Translations under genes and position numbers: made by a program
Shown: piece after piece, positions 55,636-63,500 of the stretch
Layout: every line of letters starts with the position of its first letter
Numbering within the stretch: position 1 is the stretch's first letter
The notes under the pieces: generated by a model
Database searches by the model: none
What the model was told of the DNA's origin: nothing
The model's input: only the letters and a program-made list of their open reading frames with translations
Source of the DNA: Prasinococcaceae sp. CCMP 1430
Taxonomy: Eukaryota > Plantae > Prasinodermophyta
Reading direction: 5' to 3'
Assembly (NCBI GenBank): GCA_013416795.1
Contig: RQSC01000757.1
Location: forward strand, 75,274-138,773
Length of the DNA: 63,500 nt

Positions 55636-58600
55636 GTGGGCGTGGCGACACCGATGCCACACGGCGCGGCGCCGCCGGCCGCCGCCGTGGGGTGCCCCCC
55701 AGCGGCGGCGGCGGCGGCGGCGTGCAGCGGCGGCGGCAGCTGGGGCGCGGCCCGTGGGGAGGCCTGGGTGCTCGCCGGCGTCGGGGGGGAGGTGCGCGTG
55801 CACGGCGCTGTGAGCGGCGCACTGGCAAGCATCGCGCAGGTGCTGCGCGGTGTCAGGATCTACGGCATTCGAGCGGGCAGACCGCATTCAGTGGCCGGCG
55901 AGGATGCGCTGCACGCACCAATTGCGCTGCACGGCGGGCGGCTCGTGCGCACTGGCGCGCTGGACTGCAGCAGTGGCGTGCTCGCACTGCGGCCGGGGCT
56001 CTGCCTGCGCTCCAGCGAGTGGGTAATGGACGTTGCGCTCGTCAGCGGTGCCCCGCGAGCCGATGGCTACCCTGCGGAACTTGCAGTGGGCCTGAGCGAC
56101 AACTCGGTCGAGCTGTGGGATGTGACTGCCCGCGAGCCAGTCCTCAAGCGGCGCATCGAGTGCACGGAGCGGCGGCTCCTGTACTGCATGGCATTCCACC
56201 GGCCCGTGGTCAGCGCACTTGAGGAGCTGCGCGTCGCGTCAGGCACCGTATGGGACGAGATTGTGCTGTGGGCGCCACATATTGGCGCGCAAGCGCCGCG
56301 CGCGCGACTGAAGGGCCACGGCGGCTCCATCATGCGCGTCGCATGGGAAGACGCGCGAGAGAGCGCAGCTGTCGGCGGCGGCGCTGCCTCTCGCGGTGAC
56401 GTTGGGAGCGGGACGCGATGGCTTGCTTCGGTATCTGACGATCGCACTGCGCGCGTGTGGGACACGCGCTGCTGGAACGATGCTGAGGGCGTAGAGACGG
56501 GAGAGGGTAGCTGCGCGGACGTGCGCGCCACGCGCGTGCTTCACGGCCACAAGGGTCGCGTGTGGGACTGCGTCTTCATAGGAGGTGCGCTGCTCACGGC
56601 GGCGGAGGACCGCACCGTGCGCGTGTGGAACATTGCTGCGGGCGCACAGGCGGCTGAAATGCGGGGCCATGTTGGCCGTGGCGTATGGCGTCTCGCAGGC
56701 TCGCGTGCGCTGGGCACGGTGGCAAGTGGCGGCGCCGACGGCACTGTCAAGCTCTGGCCGCTCGAGGAGCACGTGACCAGCGACCTACTCTCCTCCTCGC
56801 TGACCGACTCTGCGGGAAATGATGCGATGGACATCGACCCAGAGCCTCGCACTGCGCGTAGCGGGAAGCGCAAGCACGACCAGGCCGAGTCCGAGCCAGC
56901 CGTCGCGAGCGAGGGCTTTGACGCAAGCGAGTTCGATATGCCCGGCGCGACCAAGCAAAACTGGATGCGCGACCTCGTACTCGCACAAGGCGGGCGGCTG
57001 GTGTTGGTCGCCAGCAATGAGGGATATGTGCATGCGCTCGAGTTGCCAACCGCGCGCGTGCAGAGTCAATCTGCGGAGCTCGCCGGGGCGGATGAACAGG
57101 CCGAAGCAGGAGTCTCGAAGGGCCGTTGGGTGCAGGTCCATCGCGTCGTCGAGGCGCAGACGGGCGCGCCCGTGCCGGTGATATCAATTTCAGCCCACGA
57201 TCGCACGGACGGCAGTGCGCGCGTTGCCATCGGTGACATGCGCGGGGGCGCCACTGTTTTGGACCTGTCGCCTGCTTTGGAGGTGTCTGGCGTGCGCTCG
57301 TGGGTAGCGCACGCTCAGAAGCTCGTGGTGTCGATGGTGTGGCCCGCGTCGTTCGGCGGCCAGGCGCTCCTCACCGCTGAGGGTGTGGGCGTCATGAAGC
57401 TGTGGGACCTCCACTCCTCGAGCATATCGGACGCGCGCGCGGGCGCTGATGTCAGCAGCACGGCCGACTCTACAGTCGCCGCGCTGCGATGTACGATGGC
57501 CGTCCCCTCGACCATTCGCACACACTGCTGTGAGGTCTCAAAAGATGGCAGTGAGCTCATCTGTGGCGACCAGCGCGGCAATGTCTTCATCTTCAGGTTG
57601 CCTGCTGGCCCCACTTCGGCGACCGCGTCCGCCTCGCTGGATAAGATCTCCAGTGGTGCCACGACACTGTCGCCCTCGATAATTCTGTCGCATGCCCACG
57701 CCAAGGAGAGCGTGTCTTTCGTACGGCTCCTTCCGGGCGGCGCAGCAATGTCGGCGGGGCGCGACGGCCTCACCGTGTGGTACGAGCGCATTGCGGCTGA
57801 GGCTGCGAGTGATGGCATCGAGACGCTTCGCCCTGTGCGCTCGCGTCGCCTGCAGACGATGACGTCACTGCAAGCTTTGGTTCCGCTGCACGCGAACGAA
57901 GTCGATGCCAGCGGCGAGCGCTCCTCTGTCGGACATGTCGACGAGGAGCTCGCCTGCGGCTTCCTCGGCGACGAGTGGATTGCGGTGTGCGTCGAGGGAA
58001 GCCGCGAGATCACGCGAGTGACATGCGGCGGCTGGAAGCGCCCGTACGACATGCATGTTTCGGCCGGACGGCGCGGCGGGCGCAAGTTGGATCCTCGCAG
58101 TGCCGGTGGGCTCGAACCTGCGGTGCGCCTGGCCTTCGCTTTCCTACGTGGCGGTAAAGTGCACGTGCACCGCACGCGGCCGCCGCGAGCCCTGGCATGC
58201 GGGCCGCTCTCGATCCCTCGGCGGACGTTATTTCCCGAAGGACACGGCCTCGAGGCGCACAGCTGCGAGATGCTTGATGCCCCGCATGCCTCACGGAGCA
58301 CGAGCGGCGCGTGGCTGGTCACCGCAAGCGAGGATGGCAGCGTGCGCGCCTCTCTGGTGGATGTCCGCGCGCAACCGACAATGCCGTGCTCGTTTCTGCT
58401 TGGCGACCGTGGAAACGGCGCCACGCTGCGCTGCGTGGCAAAGGGCGCCCTCGCGCCGTCGCCCTCCGACACCATGCGCCACCACCAGCTCGTGTTTGGC
58501 GTAGGCTCGCGCTATTCGCTCATGGCGTGGGACATTGCGTGGCGGCACGAAGGCGAGCGACCGGCGCCCTGGGCGCACCTGGCCGCGTCGGCCGCTGGTG

Positions 58601-59565
58601 ATGGACGGGTGGCTCCCTTCGACGTTCGCAGCCTCGGATCTTGCCCCAACCATGTGGCCGCGTGCATCGCGCCGCCCAGGAGCTCCAAGGAAGCCAAGCG
58701 TGGAGCAATCGATGACCATCGGTTCAAATCGGTCGCGGTCTTGGGCGGTGGTGCAGGCGGTAGTGGGGGTGGAAAATCCGAGGTTGTGACTGTCGCGGTG
58801 GGGGCGGCCGACGCCACGCTCACGCTCATTGCTTTTGACCCGATCTCGCGTCGATGGGCGACGGGCGCGAGGCTGTGCCATCATCACTGCCCCGTCCTCT
58901 CTGTGGTGGCATTGCCCGGGGGGTACGCACGTTCGAGCCATGGCGGCGGCGCGGGAGAATCACGTCACCCCGCGTCGGGTTGGCTTGCGAGCGCAGCGAC
59001 GGACGGCGTGCTCGCGGTGTGGGACTGCCGCGGCGTGGTGCACGGCGCCGAGGGCATGGTGCGCGTGTCCGCCGAGCAGACGGCCGCAGACTGGCAGCCA
59101 CCGGCAGAGCTCGGCCCCGCGCTGCTGGTTCCTGGCGCGCACCAGTCGGGAGTGAATTGCATGACTGCGCTGCCCGTCGGGCCGCGTGAGGTGGCCATCG
59201 TGAGCGGCGGCGACGACCAGGCCTTGCACGTGGCGTTGGTGCGCTTTGGCGATGCCACCGGCGGCGAGAGCGAGGCGCGGGCGGTGCTGGTCGCCGAGTG
59301 CCGAGTCGAGAGCGCACACACCTCACAGGTACTCGGCGTGTGCCCTTTCGGCGAGCGCGGCGTGCTCACCACTGGCCTCGACCAACGATTCGTCGCCTGG
59401 GAGATCGTCGCGAGCGCGGAGGGCGTCGAGCTGCGGCGCACGCAGACTTTGCTCACCGAGGTCGTCGACGTGGACGACGTGGCCGTGGCCCCGCTCGCGG
59501 CCGACGGCGCGGCCGTCGCCGCGGTCGTCGGGCGCGGCGTCGAGGTCCTCGCGCTCGGCGCGTGA
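55636..59565 (+). CDS. WDR6: WDR6/Trm734-like WD40-repeat protein (partner of the tRNA 2'-O-methyltransferase Trm7/FTSJ1)
   Basis: ASGTVWDEI, GHGGSIMRV, SVSDDRTARVW, GHKGRVW, AEDRTVRVW, GHVGRGVW, GGADG, CGGWKRP, HQSGVNC, SGGDDQAL, AHTSQV and TGLDQR occur in the WDR6 order. Confidence 0.85.
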   Translation: MGVATPMPHGAAPPAAAVGCPPAAAAAAACSGGGSWGAARGEAWVLAGVGGEVRVHGAVSGALASIAQVLRGVRIYGIRAGRPHSVAGEDALHAPIALHGGRLVRTGALDCSSGVLALRPGLCLRSSEWVMDVALVSGAPRADGYPAELAVGLSDNSVELWDVTAREPVLKRRIECTERRLLYCMAFHRPVVSALEELRVASGTVWDEIVLWAPHIGAQAPRARLKGHGGSIMRVAWEDARESAAVGGGAASRGDVGSGTRWLASVSDDRTARVWDTRCWNDAEGVETGEGSCADVRATRVLHGHKGRVWDCVFIGGALLTAAEDRTVRVWNIAAGAQAAEMRGHVGRGVWRLAGSRALGTVASGGADGTVKLWPLEEHVTSDLLSSSLTDSAGNDAMDIDPEPRTARSGKRKHDQAESEPAVASEGFDASEFDMPGATKQNWMRDLVLAQGGRLVLVASNEGYVHALELPTARVQSQSAELAGADEQAEAGVSKGRWVQVHRVVEAQTGAPVPVISISAHDRTDGSARVAIGDMRGGATVLDLSPALEVSGVRSWVAHAQKLVVSMVWPASFGGQALLTAEGVGVMKLWDLHSSSISDARAGADVSSTADSTVAALRCTMAVPSTIRTHCCEVSKDGSELICGDQRGNVFIFRLPAGPTSATASASLDKISSGATTLSPSIILSHAHAKESVSFVRLLPGGAAMSAGRDGLTVWYERIAAEAASDGIETLRPVRSRRLQTMTSLQALVPLHANEVDASGERSSVGHVDEELACGFLGDEWIAVCVEGSREITRVTCGGWKRPYDMHVSAGRRGGRKLDPRSAGGLEPAVRLAFAFLRGGKVHVHRTRPPRALACGPLSIPRRTLFPEGHGLEAHSCEMLDAPHASRSTSGAWLVTASEDGSVRASLVDVRAQPTMPCSFLLGDRGNGATLRCVAKGALAPSPSDTMRHHQLVFGVGSRYSLMAWDIAWRHEGERPAPWAHLAASAAGDGRVAPFDVRSLGSCPNHVAACIAPPRSSKEAKRGAIDDHRFKSVAVLGGGAGGSGGGKSEVVTVAVGAADATLTLIAFDPISRRWATGARLCHHHCPVLSVVALPGGYARSSHGGGAGESRHPASGWLASAATDGVLAVWDCRGVVHGAEGMVRVSAEQTAADWQPPAELGPALLVPGAHQSGVNCMTALPVGPREVAIVSGGDDQALHVALVRFGDATGGESEARAVLVAECRVESAHTSQVLGVCPFGERGVLTTGLDQRFVAWEIVASAEGVELRRTQTLLTEVVDVDDVAVAPLAADGAAVAAVVGRGVEVLALGA

Positions 59566-60149
59566 CGCCGGCCGGCCCTGTAACATAGCACCATCACGAT
59601 GGTACGCCTCCACCCCCTGGTCCTCGGTGCTCCACGGAAGGCTCGACCCGGCCGTCACTGTAACACACTCCCAGAAAAAAAATTCTGCGCCTCGGCGGAA
59701 AATTGCGAACGCCGCCTGTGCGTAGGGTTTAGGGAAAGTGAGTTTTTAGACCCACGATGATAGGGAGAGAGACAGCTGATGATTTAGGGTTCGTCAGCGC
59801 ACACTTCCTACGCATGGCAGGCTCTGTCTGTTGGCACACAAATTGTCGGCGGCATTGTATGCGCGATCCGCACGCGAGGTCAGAACGAACGCGCTCGGAT
59901 TTTTTCGCGCGCGAACGCTGCCGCGCGCGCGCGTGAGCCGGGGATGAGTGCGCGCAGAGCCGAACTCAGCGCGCCACTCAGCGCGCGCGCGCACGCGCGC
60001 GCGGCGGGGGGCCGGACTTCCCCACCCCTCCCCCCCGGCAAGCGGATGCTGGGCGCGCGCCGGCGCGATGGCGGCGCCACACGGCGGCGCCATCGCGCGG
60101 TGTGGGCGGCGAGCGCGCGGAGCGGAGAGGCGTGGAGGAGGCGGCACGG

Positions 60150-60908
60150 ATGACGCGTGAGGGGAGCTTCCTCCGTCCGCGCTCGTGCAGCCGCAGGGCG
60201 TGCCGCGCGCTGCGCGCCGTTGCTTTCGTCGCTGCCAGCGTCCTCGTTGGCGGCGTGCTGTCAGCGGACGGGCGGAAGATTCACCACTCAAAGCGTGCGC
60301 AGGCCCGCCAGGCCGAGACCGACGACGGCGGCAATGTCGCCCTCCCCCTTGGCCAAACGCTCATGTTCGTGGCCGGCGGTGGCAGCGCCACTGACGACGG
60401 CGCGATGTGCCTCGACATTGCTGGGGCCTCGCGCGATCCATTTGCACAAGTGCAGCTCTATCGTTGCATCGAGGGCAATCCTGCGCAGGAGTGGCGAGTT
60501 GAGGCTCTCACCGACCAACCTGGCGGACCCGTGCGCATCGTCAGTTGTATGTCGGATCTCTGCCTGGACGCTGCAAGCGCAGGCTATCCAATGCCGACCA
60601 GCAATCTGCAGGTCACGATATGCAGGGATGGGCCCGCCCAAACTTTCGTAAGGAGGAGCGACGGCACGATCGAGGTCGCCCCGAGCAGCGGGCTCTGCGT
60701 TGACGTGGCCGGCGGCGCGGCGAACTTCAATGACGGCACCAACGTCCACGTGTACTACTGTAACGACACTCCCGCCCAGCAGTTCAGCACTGTGCTGAGC
60801 GCGCAGGACGGCGCAGACGACGCCGTGCCAGGAGGAGTAACAACCGCGGACGCCACAGTCGACGACCCCGCGCAGGCCCCGAAGCCCGCGGAGGAGGGCG
60901 ATCTCTAA
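60150..60908 (+). CDS. Ricin-B (beta-trefoil, CBM13-like) lectin-domain protein with an N-terminal hydrophobic segment
   Basis: Three repeats: CLDIAG...VQLYRC..NPAQEW, CLDAAS...LQVTIC..PAQTF and CVDVAG...VHVYYC..PAQQF. Confidence 0.88.
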   Translation: MTREGSFLRPRSCSRRACRALRAVAFVAASVLVGGVLSADGRKIHHSKRAQARQAETDDGGNVALPLGQTLMFVAGGGSATDDGAMCLDIAGASRDPFAQVQLYRCIEGNPAQEWRVEALTDQPGGPVRIVSCMSDLCLDAASAGYPMPTSNLQVTICRDGPAQTFVRRSDGTIEVAPSSGLCVDVAGGAANFNDGTNVHVYYCNDTPAQQFSTVLSAQDGADDAVPGGVTTADATVDDPAQAPKPAEEGDL

Positions 60909-61084
60909 CTAGACGTGTGGACCCAGGCAAGGTGATATATGTCACAGTTGCGTTACGTGGCAGTAAGTGCCGTGCGATGGTGAAGACAGTAACACCGCTT
61001 CGCTCCTTTGCAGAGCCTCTCCAGTCGCCGCCGCAGCGCGGGTGGTGCGGGGGCCGCTTGCCTCTCACCCTCCGCCGCTCACTC

Positions 61085-62659
61085 TCAAGCCGCCGAGGCG
61101 TCATCCGTGACCGCGCCGCGCATTTGCCAACTCCCCATCTGACCTCTGTGCCAGACGCCGTTCGGCGACTTGCGATAGCGGGCGATTGACAGCAGGTGCT
61201 CCTCCGGACGCAGGCGCGGCGGAGCCTGCCAGCCATCCGCCGGGTCTCCCCACACGCATGGCGGGATGGCGATAGCGTATCCCCTCTCATCCATCGGCGC
61301 GCTGCTCGTCCCGTACTTGGGCTCAGAGTAGCACAGCTGCTCGCCGGTGGATTCGCGCACGAGCTCCATGCTGGCGCAGTTGGGCGCGTGGCAGTGCGGG
61401 CCCGCCATGATGAGGTCCATCGCCTTGGTGCCCTTGTTGAACGCGCACCACGGGTCGAAGCGCATGTTGCAGTCCTCCCCGGAGAACAGCTGCGACACGT
61501 TAAATCGCGAGGTGATCGTATGCACGCACTCCTCGTTGCCGTTGGCATCGTCGGCGCACGGCGGCACGTCAAGCTCGGTGTGGAAGCTCTCGGTCTGCCA
61601 GTAGAGCCTCGCGAGGTTCCGGTGCTTGGGGGAGGCCACCTCGTGCCAAAATCTCCAACGCATGCGCCAGCGGAACCCGCGGTCCCACGACGGGCGCTCC
61701 TGGTCTTTGTCCAGGAGGATAGCCCCATTTCCACAGCAACGCAGCCCTCCGCGGTACTCGGCGAGGAAGCAGGAGGGATTGCGCTGTTCAAGAAGGGTAG
61801 AGTCGGGCCACGAGCCGCAATCGTTCACCCAGGGCTGTCCGTCGATGGTCTGCTTTCGCACGTCTATGTCGATGCGGTCGGTGCAGGGGCACTCGAGCAG
61901 CGGAGAGAACCAGCCTTTCGCGCTGCTGGTGCTCGTGTGCGGCAGCGGCGCGCTCCCGTCGCCGTCGTGCAGGGTGGAGCGGCGCGTGTCAATGATCATC
62001 GGGTTCAGCCAGAGCTTCTCCGGCGAGAACACCAACTGCGCGTAGCCGCGAGGATAGCCGTGGAAGGATGCCCTGTGCTCGTTGCCATTGCCCTCAGAGA
62101 AGACTTGGAGCACGGGGGGACCGTCCGGGTCGCCCGCCGGCCACTGGCCGTCCGTGTCGGCGTCCTCGCCAACTGCTACCGCGCGGCCCTCGCCCGCCCG
62201 TCGGAACTTGTGCCCCGTCTGCGCAAGCACGGGATCCGGGCCGGTGCCGTTGCCGCTCACGTAGGCTATGTAATGATGATTGTAGAGCTCGTGGCAGGGC
62301 ACAGAGGCGTCACTGCCGTCTGCGGCCTCGCGCACCAAGTCGACCTCGTATCCGGTAATTGCCATAACTTTGCCGCGATACGTCGCCACGATCTCGGGCG
62401 GCAGCTCGATGTCCGGAATCCACGGCCAGTGGACGTCTGCGTATCTGCTCTCCTGCCATGGCGAGTATACGTCGAAGCTCTCGCCTAGGAGCGACACGGG
62501 CGCGGAGCCAGTCGGGTCGTTGGCGACGGTGTACGGGTACTGGGCGGTTTTCCCCCCGTGCCCCGCCGCGGGCGCGGCCAGGAGCGCGGCCGCCGCGAGC
62601 GCCGCGGAGCTGCCTCTGCGAATGGGTTGATCTTCCCCGCCGCGACGCCGTCGTACCAC
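61085..62659 (-). CDS. Secreted Cys/His-rich protein, SURNod19 / copper type II monooxygenase-like; start unresolved
   Basis: Signal-like AALAAAALLAAPAAG, YNHHY, GPHCHAP and C-terminal HRGQMGSWQM. The ORF begins at GTG and no in-frame ATG lies downstream of the TGA at 62752-62750. Confidence 0.6.
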   Translation of the reverse strand: MVRRRRGGEDQPIRRGSSAALAAAALLAAPAAGHGGKTAQYPYTVANDPTGSAPVSLLGESFDVYSPWQESRYADVHWPWIPDIELPPEIVATYRGKVMAITGYEVDLVREAADGSDASVPCHELYNHHYIAYVSGNGTGPDPVLAQTGHKFRRAGEGRAVAVGEDADTDGQWPAGDPDGPPVLQVFSEGNGNEHRASFHGYPRGYAQLVFSPEKLWLNPMIIDTRRSTLHDGDGSAPLPHTSTSSAKGWFSPLLECPCTDRIDIDVRKQTIDGQPWVNDCGSWPDSTLLEQRNPSCFLAEYRGGLRCCGNGAILLDKDQERPSWDRGFRWRMRWRFWHEVASPKHRNLARLYWQTESFHTELDVPPCADDANGNEECVHTITSRFNVSQLFSGEDCNMRFDPWCAFNKGTKAMDLIMAGPHCHAPNCASMELVRESTGEQLCYSEPKYGTSSAPMDERGYAIAIPPCVWGDPADGWQAPPRLRPEEHLLSIARYRKSPNGVWHRGQMGSWQMRGAVTDDASAA

Positions 62660-63500
62660 GCCTCCAACACCCCCGCGGCGCGCCCCGCGCGCGCGCTGTG
62701 GGTGGCGCCGCGAGCGCGCCGTCCCCTTTTCTCCGTGGCCGGCGCTGACTCAGCGCCGCGCCCCCATGCGTTCTCACCACGGCGATCCGGCATGAATATT
62801 GGTGATTAATAAATTATCTTGGAGGGGGTCTCGTGTTGCCTTTAAAGTCACATCTTACGGTGAAGGGGTACGGCGCCGCCGCACCCCCCCGCGCTCTCGC
62901 CATGCTCCGACGGCTCGCCGCGCGTCTGCCCCGGAGGTCCGCCGCCCCGCACCACCCTGCGGGGGCCGCAGCGCCCCCGCCCGCGCTCCGGACGCCACCC
63001 CCTCGAGCGCGCGCCGTGTGCGCCCACGCGCTCGGGGAACGGGCCCCTGGTCGAAGACAGGTACCGTTCCGTTCACAGACCCTTTTCACGCATTCAAAAA
63101 CCTCAAAATCCAAACCTCAACTCAGACCCACAGCGCCCCACCACCACCAATCCCTTCTCGCCACTCATCGCCGGCTGCGGTCGAAGGATCCCGCGCTAAC
63201 AGCCGCGCGGAATCGACGGTTCTCCGTCGCCCTCCCGCCGCGTTTTGGGAGGGGGGTTCCGCGGAAGATGTGGATTTATGAGGGGGCGTTCCGCGGTTTC
63301 TCCGACGCCCGGCGTGGCGTCTCTGCTCGGGAAAGGCGGGGAAATTCCGGCGCGAAATTGCGGCGCGCGGGGCGCGCGCCCCGGGGCCGGATGCGGAACG
63401 TCGATTTCGGCGCGGGCGCTCCGGAAAGTTCGGTCGAGCGCGGAGCGCTATCGGCCGCCACACAGCGCGCGCGCGCTGCGCAGCAGGGCGCGCGGGCGGC

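Noticed and set aside
20019-63415. CGCCGAAAT/ATTTCGGCG and TTTCGCG (E2F-like) words in several upstream regions (about 20019, 20117, 41696, 41778, 63404)
   Set aside because: They are short and CG-rich, and I cannot show enrichment without computation.
1-63500. CRISPR arrays, tRNA/rRNA genes, transposases or viral genes
   Set aside because: No repeat-spacer periodicity, cloverleaf, rRNA-like segment or transposase/RT/capsid motif was recognised.

Overview
Eukaryotic nuclear DNA that is very GC-rich (roughly 70% by eye) and gene-dense. It holds about 27 protein-coding genes with few, short GT-AG introns and four N-gaps (1440-2172, 9731-10256, 20386-20406, 37951-37965). TTTAGGG-type telomere-like motifs, TGTAA after several stop codons, plant-type enzymes and a plant-type AdoMetDC leader peptide suggest a green-lineage alga, probably an early-diverging prasinophyte-like one (inference). 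Housekeeping genes are a HisC-like aminotransferase, frataxin, ABC-F, EFHC1/Rib72, Vps39-like, an FtsH/AFG3 fragment, MCTP, an ARM protein, a UBC7-type E2, TRM6, a VTT-domain protein, a LYR protein, SAL1-like, an ALDH and WDR6. The standout is a polyamine locus on the minus strand: one 909-aa ORF fusing S-adenosylmethionine decarboxylase to ornithine decarboxylase. It is preceded by an intron-split 45-aa upstream ORF that is hidden from the six-frame track and resembles the polyamine-sensing leader peptide of plant AdoMetDC mRNAs. Also notable are an abrupt FtsH/Vps39 head-to-head junction lacking the FtsH AAA domain, an RlhA-like U32 protein, a trypsin-somatomedin B protease, a tandem methyltransferase-like orphan, a copper-monooxygenase-like secreted protein and several recurrent intergenic motifs. 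No tRNA, rRNA, CRISPR array or transposase was recognised.
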